DNA of 64,000 nucleotides. It comes from a virus. Shown here piece by piece: positions 9,936 through 18,977 of the stretch. Both the position numbers and the translations under genes were made by a program. Position 1 is the stretch's first letter. The number at the start of each line of letters is the position of its first letter. Where the stretch lies: the IMG/VR virus record IMGVR_UViG_3300024261_000005, one strand, 5' to 3'. The notes beneath the pieces were generated by a model, which had not been told where the DNA came from, ran no database searches, and saw only the letters and a program-made list of their open reading frames with translations.

Positions 9936-10985
9936 ATGACTTGGTCCTTTATCAAGCATGTCTCTCAGTACTTAGAACGCCCTAAGTTAGGGGAGCAAAA
10001 AGCTCCCACCTTGTGGCCTAGCTCCGCAACAGCAGTAGTAGACGGGGCTCCCGTAGGGAAATGCCGAAGGCAGGCTTTCTTTAGATTCGCTAAAGATAAT
10101 TATTATTTTGATAAGAAATACGATCACCTAAAGCCTCTCGTTGACCTTGTTAACGAATATAAGACGCCTACAGACAAATACATGCGTTGGATTTGGATCC
10201 AAGGTGAATTGTATGAAGAGTATTGTATCAATATGGCGAAAGAGTCAGGGATCTATATTGGCTCTCAAGTTAGTATATATGTCCCTGGCTATAATATTTC
10301 CGGCAAGATCGACCTAATTGTAGTTGATCCAGAAACAACCAATCTTCACATTGTTGAAGTTAAATCGGTTTACGGATTTAATGCTAATAGTGTTCTTGGC
10401 ACTGATTCTCAACATAAGAAGGGTCTTATTGGCACCCCCAGAGAATCACATTTAATGCAATTAGGAATCTATCAATGGTGGTACGGCAACAGTAATGAGG
10501 AATTTGGTGCTGCGTTACTTACATATGGTGCTCGTGACACTGGTCGTTTCGCTGAATACATGATTACTGTTGAAAAAGGCGACGACGACCTTGATTATAT
10601 TTTCTACCAAGGTCACACTCCAATCACTACCAAGAAGGTTAATTCTAACATCACAATTCAAAGCATCTTAGAAAACTACAAGCTGCTTTCTGATTGTCTT
10701 GAAAGTGAAAAGGGCGAAATACCCGCAGCTGATTATGAGCTGCTCTTCACTCAAGAGAAGATAGCTCAACTGCATGAACAAGGGCTGCTTAGCAAAACCG
10801 ATGCGACTCAATACGAGAAGCGAAAGAAGCAGCTGGAGGAAGGCAAAAACCGAGTCGTTAAGCCCGTTCAAAAAGGCGACTGGCAGTGCCGCTTCTGTGA
10901 TTATAAGTATATCTGCCACGAAGAAGACGGCACTCAAAAAGAGTTCTCGCTACAAGATTTACAAGGCGAGAACGGCGAATCGTAA
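9936..10985 (+). CDS. Cas4/AddB-like PD-(D/E)XK exonuclease with probable Fe-S cluster
   Basis: PSS..C near the N-terminus, SGKIDL...VEVKS catalytic motifs, QLGIY, and C-terminal CRFCDYKYIC (1+3 Cys). Confidence 0.85.
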   Translation: MTWSFIKHVSQYLERPKLGEQKAPTLWPSSATAVVDGAPVGKCRRQAFFRFAKDNYYFDKKYDHLKPLVDLVNEYKTPTDKYMRWIWIQGELYEEYCINMAKESGIYIGSQVSIYVPGYNISGKIDLIVVDPETTNLHIVEVKSVYGFNANSVLGTDSQHKKGLIGTPRESHLMQLGIYQWWYGNSNEEFGAALLTYGARDTGRFAEYMITVEKGDDDLDYIFYQGHTPITTKKVNSNITIQSILENYKLLSDCLESEKGEIPAADYELLFTQEKIAQLHEQGLLSKTDATQYEKRKKQLEEGKNRVVKPVQKGDWQCRFCDYKYICHEEDGTQKEFSLQDLQGENGES

Positions 10986-11145
10986 CGGGGGTCCGCAATC
11001 ATAACAAAGAGTTATGTGTTGTGAGCTTCCTTATTGAACAAATTAGTATTAGAAAAATGTAAATTTTACAGCTATACCTCAAAACGCTTTTAGAAAAGCT
11101 ATACCCAGCTACGCAATAAGTAGCCTCCTCTTGAAAAGGAAATAA
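10986..11145 (+). promoter_or_regulatory. Structured intergenic region upstream of the primase-helicase
   Basis: Several inverted repeats, a 9-bp direct repeat AGCTATACC (11070, 11097), and an AAGGA SD before the ATG at 11146. Confidence 0.45.
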
Positions 11146-13641
11146 ATGTATATTACTGACACAGATGAAGTTATCGCACTATTAAGGTCGAAGCTTCCTG
11201 AGTACTTATTAAAAAAAATGTCTGCAGATACTGATTTAAATAAAAAGTTCCATTGCTTTGCTCACAATGATACGGGCAGGCCCAATATGAGCCTGAACCC
11301 TAGGACTAACAATGAAACTGTAAAATGTTTTTCATGTGAATTCTCTGGTGATATATTCACCTGTGCAGAACACTTCGATCAGCTACCTTTAAGTGGCCCT
11401 GAATGGATCACCCTGACGATCCCCACACTTTGCGATACCCTAGACATACCTTATTCTCCTGGCGTCCTCTCAGAGGAAGATAGAGAACGTATTAAGTTAT
11501 TCAAGCTAGCTCAAGAAATCTCTGATGTATTAGCAGGGCTTAACCCAAAAAATAACGAGTACATGGTCGAGCGCAATTGGATTCAAAGTCTTATGCCTGC
11601 AGGAAGCATAGATAAAGATCATCTAGTATCGCTTCTTGTTGCAAAGGGGTGGGACTCCAGTTACATCTCGAGCACCAATCTAATTAGTACTCGATGGGTC
11701 GACTACTTCGCTGAAAGCAAAATAACCTTTGCGATAAAGGATCACTGCAAAAGAACTGTTGGGTTTATTTGCAGGAACCAGAACTTCGAAGAAGACAACA
11801 TCCCAAAATACACAAACAGTCCTGAGTCAGCCATTTACAAGAAGACTAAGGCTTTAATGGGCATCGACGTAGCTTATCGTGACGCCAAGAAGTATGGTCT
11901 TTACGTTGTCGAAGGTCCTGGAGAGCTCATGCAGCTCTACAGACTTGGAATTAAAAATGCTGTTTCAGTTTGCGGCACAGCGTTTACAGAGACACACTTG
12001 CTCTATTTAAAACAAATCGGAATAAGAAAACTTTTCTTAAATTTCGACTGGGATCAAGCTGGACATGCAGCTACACAAAGAGTGTTAGAGAATATATTAA
12101 AGACCACATCTGGTGTCAGTACATATATTGTTATGCCTCCTCAAAATTCTGAGGTTAACGATACGGATGAATTTTTAAAAGATTCCGATTCTCCAGAAGA
12201 CTATCTCAACTTAAAGAAGATGTCTGCATTTGAGTGGCAACTGAACTCCTTCTCTACAGATCATACTCCTGATGTGATTTGTCAGAAGATGGTACCCATT
12301 ATCGCTACGGAAGAAACTGAAGTAAAAAGGGAGCTACTTATTAAAGAATTAGCTTCCTTCACTACAGTTTCAACATCCGCTATTCTTGCAGATGTGAATG
12401 CAATACGTACAAATAAGTTCTCCCAGAAATTAGAGAAAAGTAAAACTGCAGCAGAAGCATATATGCGGGCAGTAGAACAGGACCCTAATAATATTAGGGC
12501 CCACATGGCTACGCATGAACAAATGCTTGAACTGATTGAAAAGGAGTTCAAAACAGACTCAATTGGAATCAATTATCAAATAAATCGATTTGACGCAATC
12601 CAGGAATTAAGAGCTAATGCTTCTACTGATGCTTCTACAGCTGGATTCAAAATGAATTATTTTGACATTTTTGCCGATAGTATGAATGGCGGTATGTCTT
12701 GGTCTTCAGGAGCGCTAATGTATGTTGGTGGCAGGGCTAACTCAGGCAAGACAGCTACATGCTTGATGATTGGTACTGATGTTGCACTTTCAGACGACAA
12801 CACTACTGTGATAATTCACAGCACTGACGATAGCTATGAGCAAATAGAGCCCCGGATCAAAACAAACATTTATAGAATGCTATATCCAGATGGACCCGCA
12901 CTTACTATTGGGATGGTTGTTCAACCAAAATTTACGTTAAAAGACTATCCTCCTGAATTTACGCATGCATTCAACAAAGCAAATGAATCTTTCAGAGCTT
13001 TAATTGAATCAGAGCGCCTAGTTATAATCGACAGCGAAGATGGAGCGACCTTAAGTACTCTGGAGAGGAACCTTCGCTACTATCGCAATCGTCACCCTGA
13101 TCGCAAGATACTCATGATTTGTGATAACACACACAACTATATGGACTTCATGAATTTGGAGCAGTCCAGTAGGATGACATCCATTTCTAATCAACAGAAG
13201 AATCTAACTATCAAATATCACGCTTGTATGATAGCTACAGCAGAATACAGAAAGAATATGCCGATGGATCATTCTAAGCTTAAGCTGCCTGTTGATGATG
13301 ATTTGGCAGACGCTAGAGCTTTGATGTACAGACCAAATGCTATCTTTCATGTATACAATGACATGCACGATAGAAAAGAGCATTGTGAGATCTTCTGGAA
13401 AGATGACGAAGGTAATATGTATCCAAGACTTTTACTTCATTTCACGAAGAATAAAATCTCTGGATTTAAAGACAAGTTGATCCTTGATTTGGATCCGAAA
13501 ACAGTCTCTCTTTCTGTATGCGACACTAAAGATTCACTCTTAGAAGCTGAAAACTTCCGGGACCTGAAAGGTTCAGGGTATGTAACTAGTAATGGTAAAA
13601 AAGTTCTAGTTGTAAATGCAGAGGAATATTCGGATGCATAA
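11146..13641 (+). CDS. DnaG-type primase fused to DnaB-type (SF4) helicase
   Basis: CHC2 zinc finger (CFAH...CFSC), KYTNSPES, Toprim (VVEG, FDWDQAG), Walker A GGRANSGKT, Walker B ICDNTH. Confidence 0.9.
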   Translation: MYITDTDEVIALLRSKLPEYLLKKMSADTDLNKKFHCFAHNDTGRPNMSLNPRTNNETVKCFSCEFSGDIFTCAEHFDQLPLSGPEWITLTIPTLCDTLDIPYSPGVLSEEDRERIKLFKLAQEISDVLAGLNPKNNEYMVERNWIQSLMPAGSIDKDHLVSLLVAKGWDSSYISSTNLISTRWVDYFAESKITFAIKDHCKRTVGFICRNQNFEEDNIPKYTNSPESAIYKKTKALMGIDVAYRDAKKYGLYVVEGPGELMQLYRLGIKNAVSVCGTAFTETHLLYLKQIGIRKLFLNFDWDQAGHAATQRVLENILKTTSGVSTYIVMPPQNSEVNDTDEFLKDSDSPEDYLNLKKMSAFEWQLNSFSTDHTPDVICQKMVPIIATEETEVKRELLIKELASFTTVSTSAILADVNAIRTNKFSQKLEKSKTAAEAYMRAVEQDPNNIRAHMATHEQMLELIEKEFKTDSIGINYQINRFDAIQELRANASTDASTAGFKMNYFDIFADSMNGGMSWSSGALMYVGGRANSGKTATCLMIGTDVALSDDNTTVIIHSTDDSYEQIEPRIKTNIYRMLYPDGPALTIGMVVQPKFTLKDYPPEFTHAFNKANESFRALIESERLVIIDSEDGATLSTLERNLRYYRNRHPDRKILMICDNTHNYMDFMNLEQSSRMTSISNQQKNLTIKYHACMIATAEYRKNMPMDHSKLKLPVDDDLADARALMYRPNAIFHVYNDMHDRKEHCEIFWKDDEGNMYPRLLLHFTKNKISGFKDKLILDLDPKTVSLSVCDTKDSLLEAENFRDLKGSGYVTSNGKKVLVVNAEEYSDA

Positions 13642-13951
13642 TTATCTCTCGAAATCACTGCTTGACGATAATGACCTCAAGATTGACGAGTGTGTAATCT
13701 TGGGTAGTAAATCGTTCCACATGAAGCTTCAGCCCGAAGAGGGGACCATCGGTCTCTATGTTGTTTCTGGTTGCGCAACCGTATATGAATTTGATATTAA
13801 TTTAGTTATAATAGATACTTCGATTGTAGCGCCTGGGCAACTTTTAAGGCTGAATGCAGCAAAAACAAAAACAATTCTCATCGAATCGCTTGGCTCTTTT
13901 GATGAAGATGTGAAATTCTTAAAAATTGAAAGGAAACTTCATGCCAGATAA
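13634..13951 (+). CDS. Hypothetical beta-rich (possibly cupin-like) protein
   Basis: Start moved to the ATG at 13634 because a GAGGA SD lies 8 nt upstream. Confidence 0.6.
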   Translation: MHNYLSKSLLDDNDLKIDECVILGSKSFHMKLQPEEGTIGLYVVSGCATVYEFDINLVIIDTSIVAPGQLLRLNAAKTKTILIESLGSFDEDVKFLKIERKLHAR

Positions 13952-14234
13952 TAAGACTATGGGAATCTACGTCCACTCAAATAAAACGTTCTATTACCTT
14001 GAAGGCGGAAGCAACTATATAGGAAACTCTTTAGACCGTGTTCGAAAAGCGCTTATACAAAGGGACTTGATCGTCCCCGAATTCAACACGAATTATGCTA
14101 GATCACCTTACGACATTGTGTCTTATAGTGACGCACACAAAAACGACTATTTGCTCCAGCCAATATTCTTATCTCAGCATATTAAACAGCTGTATGATAA
14201 AAACAAAGAAACCCTGAAAGGTAAATTCAAATGA
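13941..14234 (+). CDS. Hypothetical protein
   Basis: The ATG at 13941 follows an AAGGA SD; overlaps both neighbours. Confidence 0.65.
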   Translation: MPDNKTMGIYVHSNKTFYYLEGGSNYIGNSLDRVRKALIQRDLIVPEFNTNYARSPYDIVSYSDAHKNDYLLQPIFLSQHIKQLYDKNKETLKGKFK

Positions 14235-14557
14235 ACTTAACTGCAATTCAAGATAGTCTTAAGGACTTACGTATTGTTCTAGGTCTCGTCTCTGCACTGT
14301 TTGGGCTTGGTTCAATCTGCGGATACCAGCTTTCCCCAAAGCCAATAGCCAAGTCAATAATGTGCAAGAATGAAGACAATCAAATTAAGATCCTAAATAA
14401 ACAATTAGCTGATCTCCGGACCGAGAGGTTGGACGACGTTACTCGAGTACAAAGCGAATGTATGACAACTCAAGATAAAATCTGTGCGGATAAAATCATG
14501 AAGTACAGAACAGCTTGTCTCTCGCTAAAGTGTGAAGTCTGCAAGGCATCAAGATGA
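14231..14557 (+). CDS. Membrane-anchored Cys-rich coiled-coil protein (i-spanin-like)
   Basis: N-terminal TM segment IVLGLVSALFGLGSICGY, then a coiled coil with several Cys. Confidence 0.5.
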   Translation: MNLTAIQDSLKDLRIVLGLVSALFGLGSICGYQLSPKPIAKSIMCKNEDNQIKILNKQLADLRTERLDDVTRVQSECMTTQDKICADKIMKYRTACLSLKCEVCKASR

Positions 14558-15009
14558 AAAAAATATTTATAGCTTTTTTAATAAGTTCACTTGTGGTGCA
14601 GAGCGCTTCTGCGCAAGAGTTGAGTCCCCTCGACTTTAAGCTGAAACTAGGACAGCACGAATTTTTATTCCCTTATCTATTTGCTCAAGATAAATCCCCT
14701 ACTGAGGGGTATTTACTTTCTGTCGCAGACATAGCCTTGCTTAAGATTGAATTAGATTCTTTTGATGAGATTTTAAATGAGAACTTAAATCTCTTAAAAA
14801 AAGAATGCAAAGCCAGCGTAATTAGATGCCAGGAAGACTCAAACGAAAGATGGGACAAAGTTAATATTGAAAACGAAACCTTAAAGGAAAAGCTCAAGCT
14901 AAAGACTCAGCTTTACAAAGATCAAAAGAATAAAACACTTATTTATTCTTTCTCTTCGGCGCTAGTTGCTGGACTTGCTTCTTTCGTAATCATTAAGGCT
15001 TTTTATTAA
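14554..15009 (+). CDS. Exported coiled-coil protein with C-terminal membrane anchor (spanin-like partner)
   Basis: Sec signal MKKIFIAFLISSLVVQSASA, a coiled coil, and a C-terminal hydrophobic helix; ATGA overlap with the previous gene. Confidence 0.5.
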   Translation: MKKIFIAFLISSLVVQSASAQELSPLDFKLKLGQHEFLFPYLFAQDKSPTEGYLLSVADIALLKIELDSFDEILNENLNLLKKECKASVIRCQEDSNERWDKVNIENETLKEKLKLKTQLYKDQKNKTLIYSFSSALVAGLASFVIIKAFY

Positions 15010-15031
15010 GACTATCTATACAGAACCCCAG

Positions 15032-15760
15032 GTGAAGACTTATCTAAGTTGCTCTGCTCTTTTTCATCTTGGTGGATCCGTATATAGTTACGACCCTTCT
15101 CAAGAAGTTCTCTATAAAACTTTAAAAGATTTTTATTTAAAGATATTAAAGTTTGAAGTGAATGACTTTGATAAAGACTTAATAAAAATAATTAAAAAGA
15201 ATTTAAAAGAATTCTGTCCAGACATAACATCACTTGATGACTTACAATACCTTATGAATTGGACGTTATCAGCTGTTAATGAGTTCTTTCAAATCTTTCC
15301 TTTAAAGAAGTATACACCTCTTATAGTTAGTCACGAGCCAATAGTAGCGCATGGCTCCCTGTTAGTATCGTTAACTTTTGATCTGCTTTTAGTACAAAAC
15401 AATAAGTTATCCTTTATTCATGCAGTATGCTTTTATCCAAAGCTAGATTCTCATAATAAGAATTGCGATTTTTTTAATTCAGTTAAGATTGATTTTTTGA
15501 AAAGAGTTTATACTAAAAAGGGCTGCGCTAAACCTTCAGTCAGCTTACATAATCTTTCCATTAAATCTGCATCATTTCGCAATAAAAACACGAAGAACTA
15601 CCCTTATACAAAAGAAACAGTCACAAAGATTACAAAGACAAATAGCGCTCAAGCAAAGAGCTCTTTAACTTACTTTGACCAAAACAAAGAAATAAAAATA
15701 ATTAAACCTTTTTGCGACGCATACAGCTGTCCCAAACGGAAGGAGTGCCAAGATGCCTGA
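15032..15760 (+). CDS. Hypothetical protein, possibly a degenerate PD-(D/E)XK/Cas4-like fold
   Basis: GTG start; C-terminal C-x4-C-x5-C and a TFDLLL strand, but no ExK motif. Confidence 0.55.
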   Translation: MKTYLSCSALFHLGGSVYSYDPSQEVLYKTLKDFYLKILKFEVNDFDKDLIKIIKKNLKEFCPDITSLDDLQYLMNWTLSAVNEFFQIFPLKKYTPLIVSHEPIVAHGSLLVSLTFDLLLVQNNKLSFIHAVCFYPKLDSHNKNCDFFNSVKIDFLKRVYTKKGCAKPSVSLHNLSIKSASFRNKNTKNYPYTKETVTKITKTNSAQAKSSLTYFDQNKEIKIIKPFCDAYSCPKRKECQDA

Positions 15761-16055
15761 ATACGGTGATTTTAAAATAGCCTCAAGGGCAAGAATAAAC
15801 TTGCCAGTAAATTTATTTGGCGGAGGCCCCTGGGTTCACATGGCAACAGCTACACGTTCATTGTCTGAATACGTTGCTGTTTTACATGAGCCCACAGGAA
15901 AGATATACCTAGAGCAAATAACTGCTACAGGAAGGTTTATTCATATTGAAGATAATGCTCTCTGGATAGACTTATTAAACTTTCTTGTAAGCGAAGGCGT
16001 TTTGGGGTTTGATAAGGACCAGGAGATAATCATAGGAAACGAATTTGACAGCTAG
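15753..16055 (+). CDS. Hypothetical protein
   Basis: 100-aa ORF with an AAGGAG SD. Confidence 0.75.
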   Translation: MPEYGDFKIASRARINLPVNLFGGGPWVHMATATRSLSEYVAVLHEPTGKIYLEQITATGRFIHIEDNALWIDLLNFLVSEGVLGFDKDQEIIIGNEFDS

Positions 16056-16470
16056 AACCTCCTGGAAGAATCAATTCTATCATTATGAATCTGCATCAAA
16101 ATTTCATAATTCAATTAGACAAATATTTATTACGGATATGTTTTTTAAACAGCTACAATGCTTTCAGGAAGTCCCTGTTAAAGATCTTGTGCCAGACTAC
16201 ACCTCACCTTATGATGCTGTAGACTGGTACATTGATGAGTATAATATCATAATAGAATTACACGGGATACAGCACTACAAGATCCAATCCTTCGGATCAA
16301 AAGACTCTTACTGGAACCAAAAGAAAAACTTTCACAATATAAAATATCGTGATAACAGGAAGAAGACAGCGCTTCTAAACGCAGGATATTCTTTTCTAGA
16401 ACTATCTTATAAGGAATGTGCTAAAGTTACTCCTGAGTATTTGAAACATAAAATTTTTTATGAAAGTTAG
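16045..16470 (+). CDS. Vsr/DUF559-like PD-(D/E)XK endonuclease
   Basis: QEVP...VDWYI...IIELHGIQHY...RDNRKK...GYSFLEL pattern. Confidence 0.75.
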   Translation: MTARTSWKNQFYHYESASKFHNSIRQIFITDMFFKQLQCFQEVPVKDLVPDYTSPYDAVDWYIDEYNIIIELHGIQHYKIQSFGSKDSYWNQKKNFHNIKYRDNRKKTALLNAGYSFLELSYKECAKVTPEYLKHKIFYES

Positions 16471-16473
16471 TTT

Positions 16474-17106
16474 ATGAACGAATTACAACAGAAACTTCTT
16501 GCTGAGTTATTGGTTGATGACAATTTTGAATCCTGGAATTGTTTCGAGCCCAAGTATTTTGGTGCAGACAGTAGGACGTTGCCTTTCTTTAGTAATGTAG
16601 ATAAGCATACAGCGCTGCTGCTTATAAGCCAGCTAAGGCATCTCGAAGAGATGGAGCCCGAAAAGCCAATAACGATTATGCTTAATACACAAGGAGGTTC
16701 TCTTACAGACGGGCTAGCTATACATGACACAATTGTGCAGCTAGCTTGCCCTGTAATAGTTCATGCTTTAGGACTGTGTGCATCCGCCGGACTTCTGATC
16801 TTAAGCGCAGCAGACTATAGGGTTGCGTCGCCGAATACCACTTTTTATTATCATCAACCCGTAGTAGAAGACTTTATGATTAACAGCATGCAAAACATGA
16901 ACGAGTTAAACGACTATTACAGTAACTGCAAAGAAGTTACAGATGATATAATGAAGGCTAGAGCCAAGATAAAAAAGTCAACTTGGACAAAAAACTTTGA
17001 AGGAAAAACAAATTATTATTTTGATTCAGAGACGGCTTTATCATTCAACTTGATTGATAGCGTCACTGAAAGCAACAAACTCGATTACGAGATAGAAAAG
17101 AGTTAA
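16474..17106 (+). CDS. clpP: ClpP-family protease subunit
   Basis: LNTQGGS, GLCASAG (catalytic Ser), HQP (catalytic His), ALSFNLID. Confidence 0.88.
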   Translation: MNELQQKLLAELLVDDNFESWNCFEPKYFGADSRTLPFFSNVDKHTALLLISQLRHLEEMEPEKPITIMLNTQGGSLTDGLAIHDTIVQLACPVIVHALGLCASAGLLILSAADYRVASPNTTFYYHQPVVEDFMINSMQNMNELNDYYSNCKEVTDDIMKARAKIKKSTWTKNFEGKTNYYFDSETALSFNLIDSVTESNKLDYEIEKS

Positions 17107-17110
17107 GCCT

Positions 17111-17458
17111 ATGGCTTCTAGAGGAAGAGGTGCCAGAATTAAAGGTGCTACATTTGAGCGACAGCTAGCTAAATATTTTACTGACAATACAAGATTTGAA
17201 GCAAAGCGTGGCATCGGCCAAAGCCGGATGGGAGGCTCTGAGGTCAGCGATGTTGACATGCCAATCATCCACGTCGAAGCAAAGAGGCACAAGCGCTGCC
17301 ATATAAAATCAGCTCTGAAGCAGGCTATCGCAGATGCAAATATTAATGGAAAGATCCCTGTCGCCATAACGAAAGACGACAGAGAAGAGATATTGTGCAC
17401 TATGCTTATTGATGATTGGATACGGTTCTTCAATGCTTTTGTAGAGACTACTGAGTGA
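17111..17458 (+). CDS. Holliday junction resolvase (Hjc-like PD-(D/E)XK)
   Basis: KGATFERQLAK...SDV...HVEAKR, typical of phage/archaeal Hjc-type resolvases. Confidence 0.8.
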   Translation: MASRGRGARIKGATFERQLAKYFTDNTRFEAKRGIGQSRMGGSEVSDVDMPIIHVEAKRHKRCHIKSALKQAIADANINGKIPVAITKDDREEILCTMLIDDWIRFFNAFVETTE

Positions 17459-18132
17459 AAAACTCACTGTACATAACTGGCAACTTTTCATCTTTTGTTG
17501 AGAGTTATATTGATGCTAAAAACAACAAAGCATCAAATGCCATAATGTACTGTCTAAGCTCCCTAGGAGACTGCTTCTCAACCTGGGAGCAAGAGTTCAA
17601 CTCAAACGATTATCATAAAAACATAAATCTAGTTACGTTATATAAATTAATTGCCGCAGACAACAAGCCTGTAGCAACACTAGACTGGAAGATCAACACA
17701 TATAAAAGCTATTTAAACTTTTATAGTTTATCATTTAAAGATCATTTAATTGAATGCTTCTTAAAGCATATAGAAAAAGAAACGGTTGTATACTCAAATT
17801 ATAATAAAGAATATAAATTATTATACTTTCTCGCTAGAGAGATTAAATACAGCCTTTTTAAAATCATCAGACAGGCCTGTCAATTAAGTAAGCGCGACTA
17901 CACAACAAACAAAACATACACACTAACTAAACCTTCCTTCTACAAAGAGTCCTCTATAAATCTAGATTTATACTTTCTTTTTTTAAAAAATAGATTATTA
18001 TATTCAATAATTCTATCCATTATTTATGAGAACATTTCCTGGAAGGAAATCAAACAAAAATACGAGCTTTCAAACGCTCAGTTCAAAAAAATTAAAAACG
18101 AGGCACATCAATGGATAAGCAAAACGCTATAA
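17455..18132 (+). CDS. Hypothetical protein with C-terminal HTH (sigma-factor-like?)
   Basis: Helical, AT-rich ORF ending in SWKEIKQKYELSNAQFKKIKNEA, which resembles sigma region 4. Confidence 0.45.
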   Translation: MKNSLYITGNFSSFVESYIDAKNNKASNAIMYCLSSLGDCFSTWEQEFNSNDYHKNINLVTLYKLIAADNKPVATLDWKINTYKSYLNFYSLSFKDHLIECFLKHIEKETVVYSNYNKEYKLLYFLAREIKYSLFKIIRQACQLSKRDYTTNKTYTLTKPSFYKESSINLDLYFLFLKNRLLYSIILSIIYENISWKEIKQKYELSNAQFKKIKNEAHQWISKTL

Positions 18133-18605
18133 AACAACTAGGTAACAATCCTTCTGTTGCTCACCAGCAAGCGTTGGTTCAAAAATTAACTGGTTCAAAA
18201 ATTACCAAGCAACTCAAAATGATAATCCCAGGCGGAGCAAACCTAACTGAAGATATATCAAAAGATCAATTGTCCTCTGCTGTTTTCACTTGGTTGAGAA
18301 GATGTAGACATTTCAAGGATGTGACAATCTCTTTTCCTTCAGACTTAAACGAACTCTCTACTGAAGTGGCAGTCGTCGTTGATTTCAACCAGAACAGCAA
18401 GCTGCCCGAATGGGAGGTTCAAGGCAAGAAGTGGCTTTCTGAAAGAATTTCAGATGTACTTGCAATGGACAATGTCGTAGGTGTTAAAGTAGATAAGGCA
18501 GGGGTTCATGCGATACTTGACGCAGATCAATCCTTTTCTGCATCATCGTCCAACTGGGAACCACACTTAATCTTTACACCGAACAAACCTTCTGGAGGGT
18601 TTTAA
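18111..18605 (+). CDS. Hypothetical protein
   Basis: 164-aa ORF with a GAGG SD. Confidence 0.7.
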   Translation: MDKQNAIKQLGNNPSVAHQQALVQKLTGSKITKQLKMIIPGGANLTEDISKDQLSSAVFTWLRRCRHFKDVTISFPSDLNELSTEVAVVVDFNQNSKLPEWEVQGKKWLSERISDVLAMDNVVGVKVDKAGVHAILDADQSFSASSSNWEPHLIFTPNKPSGGF

Positions 18606-18606
18606 T

Positions 18607-18900
18607 ATGAGTCTATTTAAAGAGCGCGCGAACAACAATAAATTAGTGATTGCTTTGCGTAATGAAATTATTAATTATAAAAATCAAATAAAAGAACTGT
18701 CCGCTTCAGCTTCTTCAAATCTTAGTGAAAATCTAAGTTCTGAGCTGAACGCCTTGAAGAGCGAGCACTCCCAATGCATGGATATGCTTACCGAGCTTGA
18801 AGATCAACTTGTTAAGAATAAAGCTGAAATGAAAAAACTCAAATCAGAGAATACCCGGCTAAAGAAAAAAGCAGGATCTTCTGAGAATCAGGAGCAATAA
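18607..18900 (+). CDS. Hypothetical coiled-coil protein
   Basis: 97-aa heptad-rich ORF with a GGAGG SD. Confidence 0.7.
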   Translation: MSLFKERANNNKLVIALRNEIINYKNQIKELSASASSNLSENLSSELNALKSEHSQCMDMLTELEDQLVKNKAEMKKLKSENTRLKKKAGSSENQEQ

Positions 18901-18902
18901 CG

Positions 18903-18977
18903 ATGGCGTGTCAAAAATGCAAAGAAAAAGCCAAAAAGGCCTTAGAGAAACCACTTAAAGAAGCTAATCGACACTAG
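18903..18977 (+). CDS. Putative 24-aa CxxC microprotein (MACQKCKEKAKKALEKPLKEANRH)
   Basis: AGGAG SD at 18890-18894 with an 8-nt spacer; below the ORF-track size cutoff. Confidence 0.45.
   Translation: MACQKCKEKAKKALEKPLKEANRH

Noticed and set aside
9936-10985. Cas4-like gene as a sign of a CRISPR-Cas system
   Set aside because: No repeat-spacer array or other cas genes were seen; stand-alone Cas4-like nucleases are common in phage replication modules.
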